Assembly: GCF_009914755.1 (NCBI RefSeq)
Contig: NC_060926.1
Length of the DNA stretch: 64,000 nt
Reading direction: 5' to 3' (one strand)
Origin: the human T2T-CHM13v2.0 reference genome, Homo sapiens
The translations under genes and the position numbers were made by a program. Of this stretch, positions 39,809 through 57,219 are shown in pieces; the first letter of the stretch is position 1; each line of letters begins with the position of its first letter. The notes under the pieces were generated by a model. The model was not told where the DNA came from. It saw only the letters and a program-made list of their open reading frames with translations, and made no database searches.

Positions 39809-40385
39809 TGTAAACTAAAAGTAAGATCCTAATCCCTCTGAACAGACTGAATGGACCCCTCCTGGCCAAGAGGACCCCAGAAAAACCGGAAAAACTGTGT
39901 GCTTAGCCATAGCAGGAAGGGAAGTCAGACATACCTTGCTATACCCCCTCCCTTTTGGAGTTTAGACACAACTGACCAGCACTAATGTTAAAATAGAGAC
40001 CAGAAGGCTGACAAAACAGACTCTCTATAGCAATAAGATACCCAGTTATAAACAGGACCTAAAGCCATGCATGGCAAGGCCACACCTGCAGGCCATCAAT
40101 CTTGCTATGTAGCATCCTTAACTTAAAACATTCCTTTGTGCTGACTCCAAGTGTTAGAGCCTTTAACCAACTGTAAATTACAGAGTCCCTGAATCCACCT
40201 ATAACCTGTAAGCCTCCTCTTCCAGACATCCCACCTTTTTGGACCTAACCAATGTGTGTTTTCCATGTATTGATTTAGGTCTTTGCTGTAGTTCTTGTCT
40301 CCCTTAAACACATAAGACTGATCTGACTGCCTCAGGCACACTTTCTCAGGACTCCCTGAGATTGTGTTTCCCTGAGCCATGGTCA
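39809..40385 (+). mobile_element. MER4D/E-like LTR, 5' part (3' end displaced to about 52300-52364)
   Basis: Begins TGTAAAC.AAAA...GACTGAATGGACCCC; breaks at gccatggtca. Confidence 0.7.
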
Positions 40386-40826
40386 TGAAACCGACCCAAC
40401 AGCCCCATAGACAGTTTTTAGGATAAACACAGAAATTGACCCTTCTGGTCTTAAAGCTTGAAACTTTGTTTTATGTGCTTCTTTCCTCAGGAAAGGAAGC
40501 CCAGGTCTCTCAAAAAGTGTCAAAGAACTGAAACTCACCAGATCACTGCATCCAATGAGACTCCAGGCCCCTCATTCACCATGATTGCTTCCTTACCCCT
40601 CCTGAGTTCCTGTTTTCTTACCCATTGTTACATTTCTTCCCTGCTATCTAAACCCTTAGATCTAGTCAGTCATGGAAATGGATTTGAGACTGAGCCCCAG
40701 TCTCCTCCGCTGCAGCACCTGATTAAAGCCTTCTTCTTTTGCAATACTCCTGGTCTCAGTGACTGGCTTTCTGAAGGGTGAGCAGCAGGACCTAGACTGA
40801 ACCCGTGATGTTTCAATAACAGATTT

Positions 40827-40844
40827 TGGTTCCCTGACAAGGAA
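40827..40844 (+). other. Retroviral primer-binding site, tRNA-Glu type
   Basis: TGGTTCCCTGACAAGGAA matches 16/18 to the complement of the tRNA-Glu 3' end (TGGTTCCCTGACCGGGAA), 5 nt after the LTR end. Confidence 0.8.
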
Positions 40845-41538
40845 CGCATTGCTCGTGCATCAGCATTGCTGAAGGCCTGAAGTCTCAGAAGCCCTCCTAA
40901 ACAGCTGCCAGCCCAATTTTGGCTGGAGGTGAGAGTCTCCGTCTCTCTCTGCCAGCCCCAGAAGCGTTCCTGATTGCCTCAGAAGCACTGTCTTTGAAAT
41001 TTGACATCTGCATCAAGATAGGTGAGTGTCCTTTGTGGGCCCAAACAGCAGGATCTGCTCCTCTCAATTTGGGAAATTTTTAAAGGAAATTCCATTTGCA
41101 GGTTCAACAAGCCCAACTGACTAAGAGAGGAAAGCACCCCAACTGTTTCAGTATGGACACTCCTGAGGGCTTGTTTGTAACTGTGTGTTGTGTGTGTGCC
41201 TGGGAAAGTGAGTATCTTTTGTGAGTGCCAGACAGTAGGATCGGCTCTTCTTAATTTGGGAAATTCCAAAGGAATTGTTGTTTGCAGGGTGACCAAGCCC
41301 AATCCATGAAGAGAGGAAGCACTCCAACTGTTTCAGTTGGGACACTCTTGGGGCTTCTTTCTTGCTGCAGCAGTTGGATTGTGTTTTGGTGATTGTTTGT
41401 GTGTGTGTCGTGGGAAATTAAGCTTCAGTAAACTGATATTCTTTTGTAATACTTTTTGGCCCCAATATTCTTTGGAATTCAGAGTTTGCTGTTCAATGGG
41501 AAAGCAAGATTGAGTTCCATGTGGCTTTTATGTTGTTG

Positions 41539-41838
<300 letters not shown>

Positions 41839-41964
41839 TATGTTGCTGTTTTAAGCAGGGTTGGGCCAGATTAGTCTGTTTCAGGTGATGTTCTTCTGGG
41901 GTGCTGTTTGGCCCAAGTGCTCTTTGGGGTCTGGGGAGGTTTGGCCTTTAAAAATCAAACTGCT

Positions 41965-42581
<617 letters not shown>

Positions 42582-43102
42582 CTAAAATTTTGGTCCACAG
42601 CCTTCACTGGATTACCTATTGAGGCTAATAGAGTTCAGACATGTAAACAAATTCGTAGACTGGTGAGTTTGTATTGCTATCTCACGGAGTTCCAAGGTAA
42701 GAGCTATTGAATCTTTGTATCTGTGTGTGTGTATACATGTCTAGATATGTTTATATCTATATATATATATATATGTATAAATTTATTATGTTATAGGTTG
42801 AGTCTACCAAGTTGGTTTATAAATAAAAGAGCACTTATAAATTAAGTAAATAAGTCCAAGCAATTTTCAACTCATAAATTAAGGTAAATTTATGAATTGA
42901 AATTAAGTAAATTATTTAATTACTTAAGTAAATTATTTACTTAATTTTCATTAAGTAATAAGTAATTACTTATAATTACTTAATAAAAATATAATTAATA
43001 ATTAGTTAAGTAATAATTAGTATTAAATAAGTCCAAGCAGTTTTCACGAGATTTAAGTAAATCTTCACTAAACAAACTGGCTTTGAAATTATAGGTAAAA
43101 TA

Positions 43103-43431
<329 letters not shown>

Positions 43432-44726
43432 TCAGAATTGCCAGCATATATTTTTATCTGGGTTTTATATTTGTCTTTGCTAGACATTTTGAGATATCAG
43501 GGTTTGGCACAGAAGGTTATAAAACTATATACCCAGCCAAAACAAAATTATCTTTCTGTGAATTTTTTGATAAGTACGACTAATTTAATGTTGTTACTTT
43601 AATGAAAGCAGCTGAATCTTCTGAGTTATTGGTGAAAATACCCATGTAGTTAACTTTAAGGTTCTTATTTAGATGAATACCTAATATTCACAGGTTATAA
43701 AATGGTTAACAAGGAAATAAATGATACATAAATAATCTAGATAAACTGCTAAAAATAAAATATATTTATATACATTATATAAGTGCTATAGGGGAACTTT
43801 TTGTGTAATTTGAAACCTTATAATTATTTTTAACGTTCATTAGATACCTAAGTCATTTCCAATGAAGAAAAGGTTATGATATGGGGAAATATGTTTCTAA
43901 AAATTGTGGAACTGTTCTCATCTATAAAATGCTAACATCTGATAGTTTGGGATTTCTTGCTTCCTAGGGTTTCACTAAAATGTAAGGTTACTAAGAATAA
44001 AAGTTGTAGTTAATTATAATTCTGTATATAAAATATACCAAAGAAGATGTGCTGTGAGAAAAAGAATAATTTTGTCCAACTTAGACGTTATCTAAAGGTT
44101 AGTTCAAATTATAGAGTTAAAAGGTTATTCATGAAACAAAGTAGAAAGGAACCAGTAAGTAGGGGAAAGAGATGTGAAGAAAGTTATGAATATGAAGATA
44201 TATATTTGTTAAGGAAGGTTATAAAGAAAAAATAATAATTTTTCATGAGAAAGAAATCTTGTGCGGTAAATTTTTGTCCTAAAATGATTGGTTACTTAAA
44301 AAAGAAAGAAAATTTAGGACAAATCAGAAAGTCCAAGCATGTCACAGATGGTCTTGTGTAAAGCATATGTAATTTTTTCCTGTTTCTCTGTGTATCTATC
44401 TTCATGCACATGCAGAGAAAATAGAAAGTTGAAAAAGTTTAGATAGTAAAATATTCTTTAAAACCTGATAGAACATTGGAGAAGTTTGGCTAATTAACAT
44501 TGCTCAAAGTTAAAGGTCTTACTCTTGGGGGGGGAGGAGCCAAGATGGCTGAATAGGAACAGCTCTGGTCTACAGCTCCGAGCATAAGCGACGCAGAAGA
44601 TGGGTGATTTCTGCATTTCCACCTGAGGTACCGGGTTCATCTCACTAGGGAGTGCCAGACAGTGGGCGCAGGTCAGTGGGTGCGCGCACCGTGCGCAAGC
44701 CGAAGCCGGGCGAGGCATTGCCTCAC

Positions 44727-44981
44727 TCAGGAAGCGCAAGGGGTCAGGGAGTTCCCTTTCCTAGTCAAAGAAAGGGGTGACAGACGGCACCTGGAAAATC
44801 GGGTCACTCCCACCCGAATACTGCGCTTTTCTGACGGGCTTAAAAAACGGCGCACCAGGAGATTACATCCCGCACCTGGCTCGGAGGGTCCTACGCCCAC
44901 GGAGTCTCGCTGATTGCTAGCACAGCAGTCTGAGATCAAACTGCAAGGCGGCAGCGAGGCTGGGGGAGGGGCGCCCGCCAT
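44727..44981 (-). CDS. L1 ORF0-like antisense ORF (84 aa, MAGAPPPASLPPCSLISDCC...)
   Basis: ATG about 455 nt into the L1 5'UTR; donors CAG|GTGCGG at +106 and CAG|GTGCCG at +191. Confidence 0.7.
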   Translation of the reverse strand: MAGAPPPASLPPCSLISDCCASNQRDSVGVGPSEPGAGCNLLVRRFLSPSEKRSIRVGVTRFSRCRLSPLSLTRKGNSLTPCAS

Positions 44982-45433
44982 TGCCCAGGCTTGCTTAGGT
45001 AAACAAAGCAGCCGGGAAGCTCCAACTGGGTGGAGCCCACCACAGCTCAAGGAGGCCTGCCTGCCTCTGTAGGCTCCACCTCTGGGGGCAGGGCACAGAC
45101 ACACAAAAAGACAACAGTAACCTCTGCAGACTTAAATGTCCCTGACAGCTTTGAAGAGAGCAGTGGTTCTCCCAGCACGCAGCTGGAGATCTGAGAACGG
45201 GCAGACTGCCTTCTCAAGTGGGTCCCTGACCTCTGACCCCCCGAGCAGCCTAACTGGGAGGCACCCCCCAGCAGGGGCAGACTGACACCTCACAGGGCCG
45301 GGTACTCCAACAGACCTGCAGCTGAGGGTCCTGTCTGTTAGAAGGAAAACTAGCAAATAGAAAGGACATCCACACCAAAAACCCATCTGTACATCACCAT
45401 CATCAAAGACCGAAAGTAGATAAAACCACAAAG

Positions 45434-46417
45434 ATGGGGAAAAAGCAGAGCAGAAAAACTGGAAACTCTAAAAAGCAGAGCGCCTCTCCTCCTTCAAAGG
45501 AACGCAGTTCCTCACCAGCAACGGAACAAAGCTGGACGGAGAATGACTTTGACGAGCTGAGAGAAGAAGGCTTCAGACGATCAAATTACTCCAAGCTACG
45601 GGAGGAAATTCAAACCAAAGGCAAAGAAGTTGAAAACTTTGAAAAAACTTTAGAAGAATGTATAACTAGAATAACCAATACAGAGAAGTGCTTAAAGGAG
45701 CTGATGGAGCTGAAAACCAAGGCTCGAGAACTACGTGAAGAATGCAGAAGCCTCAGGAGCCGATGCGATCAACTGGAAGAAAGGGTATCAGCGATGGAAG
45801 ATGAAGTGAATGAAATGAAGCGAGAAGGGAAGTTTAGAGAAAAAAGAATAAAAAGAAACGAGCAAAGCCTCCAAGAAATACGGGACTATGTGAAAAGACC
45901 AAATCTACGTCTGATTGGTATACCTGAAAGTGACGGGGAGAATGGAACCAAATTGGAAAACACTCTGCAGGATATCATCCAGGAGAACTTCCCCAATCTA
46001 GCAAGGCAGGCCAACATTCAGATTCAGGAAATACAGAGAACGCCACAAAGATACTCCTCAAGAAGAGCAACTCCAAGACACATAATTGTCAGATTCACCA
46101 AAGTTGAAATGAAGGAAAAAATGTTAAGGGCAGCCAGAGAGAAAGGTCGGGTTACCCTCAAAGGGAAGCTCGTCAGACTAACAGTGGATCTCTCGGCAGA
46201 AACCCTACAAGCCAGAAGAGAGTGGGGGCCAATATTCAACATTCTTAAAGAAAAGAATTTTCAACCCAGAATTTCATATCCAGCCAAACTAAGCTTCATA
46301 AGTGAAGGAGAAATAAAATACTTTACAGACAAGCAAATGCTGAGAGATTTTGTCACCACCAGGCCTGCCCTAAAAGAGCTCCTGAAGGAAGCGCTAAACA
46401 TGGAAAGGAACAACTGA
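45434..46417 (+). CDS. L1 ORF1p, 327 aa, premature TGA 11 codons before the normal end
   Basis: MGKKQSRK...REKG...YPAKLS; the remnant YQPLQNHAKM* follows the stop. Confidence 0.9.
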   Translation: MGKKQSRKTGNSKKQSASPPSKERSSSPATEQSWTENDFDELREEGFRRSNYSKLREEIQTKGKEVENFEKTLEECITRITNTEKCLKELMELKTKARELREECRSLRSRCDQLEERVSAMEDEVNEMKREGKFREKRIKRNEQSLQEIRDYVKRPNLRLIGIPESDGENGTKLENTLQDIIQENFPNLARQANIQIQEIQRTPQRYSSRRATPRHIIVRFTKVEMKEKMLRAAREKGRVTLKGKLVRLTVDLSAETLQARREWGPIFNILKEKNFQPRISYPAKLSFISEGEIKYFTDKQMLRDFVTTRPALKELLKEALNMERNN

Positions 46418-46513
46418 TACCAGCCGCTGCAAAATCATGCCAAAATGTAAAGACCATTGAGACTAGGAAGAAACTGCATCAACTAACGAGCAAAATAACC
46501 AGCTAACATCATA

Positions 46514-50339
<3,826 letters not shown>

Positions 50340-52299
50340 ACAACGAGAACACATGGACACAGGAAGGGGAACATCACACTCTGGGGACTGCTGTGGGGTG
50401 GGGGGAGGGGGGAGGGATAGCATTGGGAGATATACCTAATGCTAGATGACGAGTTAGTGGGTGCAGCATACCAGCATGGCACATGTATACATATGTAACT
50501 AACCTGCACATTGTGCACATGTACCCTGAAACTTAAAGTATAATAATAATAAATTTAAAAAAAAAGATCTTACTCTTGATGAAGGTAAATTTTTGATCTT
50601 AAATTAACTTTTTTTGGATATTAGGCTTCCTGAAGTCCAAGAAAGACATATTAGGCTTATTTGTTATATTAGAATTATACCGGAAGCATTGTAAATTGTG
50701 AGGTGGTATTTAACTTTCTTTGGGTTTTATTTATATACATGTTATTAATATGTGTTCCAGGATTTATGACATTCTTGAAATTCTAATATGTTTAAATATA
50801 TGTTGTCAACAATAGTTAATGATTATTATGTTAAATTGTTGTATGACACAGAAATAACCAAATTTCCTTGTCATCTCTATCTTTTGACTATGGCTGCCTT
50901 AAGACTTTTGTCATCCACAATTGTTTTGCTTTGATCTTTCTCAAAAAAAGTGACTTGTAATCAGCTACCGTCCAGGGCTTGCTTCTTTGGGGGAGTTCCT
51001 GAAAAGGACTATTGAATTCAGGTGTCTGATAACTTTGGCGATTGTGCCACTGGATGAGAGAGAAAACTTCCACTGCACTAATTGGAAGGCTGATGTGTTC
51101 ATAAACATTGCTCACCCAATATGACACAGGGCAGGAGCTGACTGCATGGACTCAGCTAACAGAACACTGGAATGCTTTTTATGTTTTTTTTTTTTTTGAA
51201 ATATTGCTGATTCTTCTTTTGTCTTTCAGAGTCAGGATAATTTTTTTCTTTTGAGCTATTCATAACCTTGAAATATACTTTAAGTGTACTGAGTAGAGTA
51301 TACATTTGTAAACAAAATTTGAGTCATATTTCTCTCTGCCTAATTTCTCCAGAATTTTTAAACTATTTGTGAATATTCTTAATTCATGGCAACGTGTTTG
51401 TTTGCATATGTTTAATAAGAATCTGTTTTATTTTATAATGGGACACAGCTGGGGGAACTGGTTATTTTCCCAAGGCTTTAACTGAAATGGCCTTGCGAGA
51501 GGTTCCGGCAAAGCCAGTTTAGGACAGCCTATGCGAACCACAGTTCTTGCTGTGCTTTGTGTGGGTGATCAGGGCACCAGGAAACTGAAGCTTATTTTGC
51601 AAGTAGGTTGTCCTACTGTTATTTGTCTTTGATGCAAGTGGGGGAATGGAAAGAGATTGTCTTTTAGAAGAAAACTCTATTTAGATTAACCTTTGATTCC
51701 TAAGTGACCACATGGTCACCCATGGTATGGAGCTGCCCACAACGCCCCTCCTCAGCATGGAGCAGCCAGAAAGACCCACAACCTGATTCCCCATGGTTGA
51801 GGAACTGATAAACAAAAAGGGGGGACTGAAACCAGCCCAGTAATCCTACAGAGAGTTGTTTCCAGATAAACATAGAAATTGACCCTTCTGGTCTTAAAGC
51901 TTGAAACTTAAATTTGTTTTATCTGAGTTTCTTCCTCAGGAAAGACCTTCAGGCCTCTCAAAAAGTATCAAAGAGCTGAAACTCCTCTCAGAAAGTATCA
52001 AAGAACTGAAACTCACCAGACCATGGCATTCAATGTGACTCCAGGCCCTTTGTTCACCATGACTGCTTCCTCACCCCTCCCAAGTTCCTGCTTTCTCACA
52101 CATTATTACATTTCTTCCTTGATATATAAACCCCTAGTTTTAGTCAGGGGGATGGATTTGAGATTAAGCTCCCATCTCTTCAGCTGCACCTCCAAATTAC
52201 AGCCTTCTTCCTTGGCAATACTCATTGTCTCAGTGATGGGCTTTCTGTGCAGGAAGCGGAAAGATCTAGAGCGAACCCCTGGTGTTTCAGTAACAGCCA

Positions 52300-52364
52300 C
52301 TCATATTGGCTCAGAATAAACCTCTTTAAAATATTTTGCAGAGTTTGTTTTTTTTCTGTTGACA
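52300..52364 (+). mobile_element. 3' terminus of the split MER4-type LTR
   Basis: ctcatattggctcagaataaa...gttgaca continues the sequence at 40385; the same motif is intact in the LTR at 35085. Confidence 0.7.
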
Positions 52365-52944
52365 CCATTAATATGGCATTCTCACAAGGGCAAAATTCTA
52401 GGCCAAAATAGATCAGCCACAGTTTGTTGAAGGAGACATTTATTACAAAGGCCATGGCAATATTTTGAGGGTGATGGAACTGTTTGTATATCCTGACTAC
52501 AGTAGTAGTTACACAACCCTGTAATTGTCAAAAATTTCAGAACTATATATTAAAATGGGTGAATTTTACTGTAAATTATACTGTAATAAAAGGGGGAAAG
52601 GCATCTGTATTTGAAAGACTAGGCATGTTCTCCATTTAAAAAGGCACATTTCAAACATTATGTGTACAGTGATCCAGTTTACATATTTAAAAATAAACAC
52701 GTGCGTTTCTTAAATCTAAAGGACATGTAACAATTTGCTGGTATCCCTCTGGGGAATAAAATGCAAGGAGGCTTTTATTTTCAGTCTATATCCTTATTAT
52801 TGGTACCATTTTAATCATTAAAAGTAAAAAAGCTACTTGTAGCTAAACAAATAAACTTCCCCAGGACCTAAATATCTTTTTGTCCAGTGGCTTAGACACA
52901 CACAGCCACTTCGACCCCAGCTGAACACATGGCAGCCCCCTCAC

Positions 52945-53088
52945 CTGGAAAAGCCGTGTCTTCATGTACATGGTGCCGTAGCCTTCTCGGTGGCTGAGGT
53001 AAAATGTGCCCGTGAAACTGGAGCCATCTGGCCACATGTAGGTACCCAGGCCATGGCAGTGGTCCCGGTAAAACTGCCCATGGTATGA
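52945..53088 (-). CDS. ANKMY1: ANKMY1 coding exon 3 ([15 protein letters not shown]...[14 protein letters not shown]...RLFQ), MORN repeats 2-3
   Basis: cacAG|TCA acceptor, CAG|GTGAGG donor; 144 nt, phase 0-0. Confidence 0.95.
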
Positions 53089-53643
53089 CTGTGAGATGGA
53101 GAAGTTGGTGAGAAATTGCTGCTCTTCCAGAACCTGACGGGATGCCCTTGAGGCTGAGCCACCATGCCTGGTTGGCAATGAATGGGGACCACCCAGGGCT
53201 GTGGCAGAACTCAGGGATGCCTGGCATGCGACTATTAGAGTCGGCAACTGAAGCACCCAGAGGGGTTACCAGGCAGTCAGCCTGATAGCCAGGCTCCCTC
53301 TCTGTCTTCTCCTCAGGTGGGGGACTGTGGGGAGGCTTAAAACTACCTAGACATCCTGAGTCAGGAGAGCACGGACATGCCTTCTCCCTGGTGACCTTGA
53401 TCTTAGGTTTGGAGGGTCCTGTCCCCACTCAGGAGCCCCATGCTGCTGAGCTCCCTGCCAGGTTCACAGGTGACAGGCTGGCCCTGGAAGGCTGGCTGTA
53501 GGCCCCAGTAGGCACAGGGGAGGACTCTGATTTATAACTCTTCAGCACTGGTTGGACACGTGAGCTCCACAAACAACAGGAGTGAGTGTATCAGAGCCTG
53601 CCCCTTTACCAAGGCCCCCAGAGGGAAAAAGAATGTGACATTT

Positions 53644-53935
53644 GGCCGGGTGTGGTGGCTCACATCTGTAATTCCAGCACTTTGGGAGGCCGAGGCAGGC
53701 GGATCATCTAAGGTCAGGAGTTCAAGACCAGCCTGACCAACATGGTGAAACCCTGTCTCTACTAAAAATACAAAAATTAGCTGGGCGTGGTGGTGCATGC
53801 CTGTAATCCCAGCTACTCAGGAGGCTGAGGCAGGAGAATCACTAGAACCCTGGAGGCAGAGGTTGCAGTGAGCCGAGATCGTGCCATTTGCACTCCAGCC
53901 TGGGCAACAAGAGTGAAATTCCATCTCGAAAAAAA
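53644..53935 (+). mobile_element. AluS
   Basis: TSD aaaaagaatgtgacatt. Confidence 0.92.
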
Positions 53936-54896
53936 AAAAGAATGTGACATTCATGACAAGGGCTTCCAGCCAGGAGACCTCATGCTGAGTGCCAAGCACC
54001 ACCTTTTTCTCAGAAACAGGGTGGGCCTGGAGTGCCCGCACAGCCATCCATGCTCACAGTCCACCCAGACCTGACCCCGACGTGAAGGGCATGGCAGTTT
54101 TCACAGCTTAGTGTCCCTTCCCTTTCTTCTGACAACAGATGCCCTCTCCCTACAGAGAGGATTCCCCAAGGGACCCAGCCCCAGTGCCTGGGCCAGGCCT
54201 GGCCAACCAGAGGACGCCTTACCCCTGCCCCATCTTGATGCACTTCATGCATCCCCAAGTCAGACCAGCGTCCTGCTGGGGCCTTTCTCTTTCCCAGGGG
54301 TGTTTGATGCCACCCCCAGGGGCTGGGCAGATGGAACAAGGTCAGTCTTAGAACCCCCTCGTGGAGATGGAAAGAGAGAGGACCTAGTTACATCATTAGA
54401 ATCCTGGATCCAGCCAGGCCTGAGGCTACCTTACCCCTGGACTTTCCATGGCAAGCGCCAACAGAGGCCTTTTCAGTTTCAGCTGCATTGAATGTGGGCT
54501 CAGGACCTAGCCTGGGGGTGCAAAACTTGTTCTCATTTTGTCTTTTAGAACATTCGCTGCCTTCTGCTTAAGCCTAGACACAGGCAATTTCACCAAGGTA
54601 AATATACGAGTCGCTATGGCAATTCATAATTTTAAAACGTCTGCCCAGAATAAGAACTTATCTTCTTAAGTCACAGCTTCCCAAACCTCATCCTGGGACC
54701 CCAGCAAACCATGGGTGTGATTTTGGAAGTTGGGAAAGATGCTTTTCTCTGGACATTTCTCAAGGAGGAAAAACTTTAGCCTAGCACCCTTCCTGTTGAT
54801 GGGCCTAAAAGTTCCCGTCCCATCACTCTTGGAAGGATAAAGGCCAGCCACCAGAGGCCCTAGGGGAGGAGGCGGAGAAAGTGTGGAAGCAGTTAC

Positions 54897-55086
54897 CTCG
54901 CCTGTGGGCCAAGAGAATTTGCCATATCCAAGCTTCATGTTCAACCCAAACTCCCCCTGGTACATGCAACCATCCTGCCACTCCTGCACACCCTGGACGA
55001 GCTGGATGTAGGACTCCCTCAGGTCCTGCGCCCTCAGCGGGCCCTCAGCTTCCTCCTCTTCCTTCTCAGGGGCTGCTGAAACATCC
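54897..55086 (-). CDS. ANKMY1: ANKMY1 coding exon 2 (DVSAAPEKEEEE...YQGEFGLNMKLGYGKFSWPTGE), MORN repeat 1
   Basis: Acceptor ttttAG|G, donor GAG|GTAACT; 190 nt; MORN consensus YxGxF..G.G. Confidence 0.93.
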
Positions 55087-55659
55087 CTAAAAGGACAGGA
55101 GCAGAAGGAGGGAAGAGTGAAGTGGCTGCAGTGCCTTCAGTGACTGCTGAGCACAACCCCCGAGCACAACCCAGCATCTCATTTCATCCCACAGTCCCGG
55201 GGCAGGTGCCGCTGCATCCCCACTCCACTTGGAGAGAAAACCGAGGCACAGAGGGTGCAGCGATTGCCCAAGGCCACACAGGAAGTGGAATGCACAGTAA
55301 GGCTGCCAACGGATAGGAGAGATGCTGCCAGGCTCTAGAGGCAGGACCAGTCGGCCTGTCCAGCCCGGGCCTGCTGGCGGCATCTCCTGAGATCGATGGC
55401 CCTCTGTCCCACTCCAGCTGCCTGCAGGACGTGGGTGCCCACAGCAGGGTCCTCATTCAAGGGCCAGGAGTGCCAGCCCCAAGCTGGACAGAAAACAGAC
55501 TGCCCACACATGTGGACCCATGGAAGGTCGGAAGGCAGCTCGAGAGGCAGCCAGCTCATACTAGGATGGACAGGTGGATAGGTGGACAGATGGATGGATG
55601 CAGGGCTGGGGAGTATGCTGCAACAGGGGGGAGCACAAACCAGGGTGGATTTGCCGTAA

Positions 55660-55972
55660 CTCATAGGGCGTCCACAGACAGACAGGGCATGTCAGACCCC
55701 CCACAGATGGACAGGGCGTCTCAGACCACCACAGACGGATGGGGCGTCTTAGACCATCACAGACGGACGTGGCATCTCAGACCACAAAAGGCGTGGTGCC
55801 TCAGACCTCCACAGATGGATGGGGTGTCTCAGACCCCTACAGAAGGACAGGGCATCCCAGACCAACACAGGTGGATGGGGTGCCTCAGACCATGAAAGAT
55901 GGACAGGGCATCTCAGTTCCCCCCCAGACGGACAGAGCATCTGAGACCCCCACAGATGGATGGGGCGTCTCA
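55660..55972. repeat. Minisatellite of about 29-30 bp, about 10 copies
   Basis: Unit gtctcagaccnccacagatggatggggc. Confidence 0.85.
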
Positions 55973-56211
55973 AAGGGCCTTCCGTTCTCAGCTGTGCAGG
56001 GCGGCCGTCCCTGGCCAAGGTGCCAGCAGCGTCCCTGCCTAGGGAGGGTCCTCTTCCTGGCCTGTGGAGCCGCCTTCTCATTGGCTCCCCACATGGTAGT
56101 GAGAGAGGATGGGGGAACTCTGGGCTCTTCTGCTTCTCATAGGTACACTCATCCCATCATGGGCTCCATCTTCACCACCCCATCTAAACCCAGCCACCTC
56201 CCAAAGCCCAT

Positions 56212-56778
56212 TGTTGGGAAAAGGGCTTGTGGGAAAAGGGCTTGTGGGGTGCCTGCATAAACAGGCCATGAAAATATGGGACAATAAGTTGTGGAAAGCC
56301 ACAAGAGGCCTCTGAGGAGGAAAGCCTCCTAATTGCCATCATGTTCCCATGCCCAGAGCGAGATCCGCTCTCTTATCTGTAAACACTGTGTTCAAGGAGA
56401 AAGACTCTCCTTTGAAGCCCTGGACTGTGGACAGACATGCAGGCTCCTAGCTAAGCCCGCTCCCACCAGTTACTCTCCGATAAGTTAAAAGATATGCTGT
56501 TTGAGCACAAAGGAGATTCACTGAAACCAATATTGCTATAGATTACACCTATGACACACTGCCACCCTTTCACTGTTTCGCCCTGAACATCTGCTTCTCA
56601 GATCTAAGTGTGCTCAATAAACAGTGTGGAGACCAGAACTCTGAGCCCTTTGCAGCCTCCATTTTGCAACTGGCCCCCTGGCTCCCCACCTTTCAATTCT
56701 TAACCTGTCTCTTCTCAATCCTTTGTCCCCACTAGACTTTGGGCACTCTACGGGTGGTGTTGAGGCTGGTCCCCAACA
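56212..56778 (+). mobile_element. LTR14-like (HERV-K(C4)/HML10) solo LTR inserted into an MLT1-type remnant
   Basis: TGTTGGGAAAAGG.CTTGTGGGGTGCC...AATATGGGACAATAAGTTGTGGAAAGCC; AATAAA near 56616; ends GGTCCCCAACA; ccat on both flanks. Confidence 0.75.
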
Positions 56779-57219
56779 CCCATCACACTGGGCCAGGGCT
56801 GGGACTGAGTTTTGGAGGCCCACAAACAGGGACAAGCACGATGGGGTGACAGGGGGACCTCGTGAGATGCTGCAGTGAGACTCCAGGGCAGCCCCTGGCT
56901 GTGAACAACAGAGCTGTGAAGATGGAGACAGCTTGGGAGCCCCATCTCGTGAGGGAAACGTTCCCTCCCTCCACTAGGCGGCGACACGGGTGGCAGAGTG
57001 TGCAGGCAGGAAGGGACATGAGAAGGTTCCAATTACCATCTATTGTCGTTTTCCTCAGTGGTTGCTGACACAGTGTTGAGGCTTTCAGATTTCTCCAGAA
57101 ACTAGTTTCTCAGGGAGTAACACAGTTCAGGGATTTTTACTGCTTGCCTTAAGGAGAATCCCGGCTAACCCTGGGCCCCAGGTCAGGGTCGGACCTCCCC
57201 GCTGGAGGGTCCCCCGCAC

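Noticed and set aside
40827-40844. tRNA gene
   Set aside because: Only an 18-nt complement of a tRNA 3' end next to an LTR, which is a PBS
55660-55972. Regularly spaced 30-bp repeats resembling a CRISPR array (also at 5530-5695)
   Set aside because: Head-to-tail degenerate units without unique spacers, eukaryotic context, no cas genes
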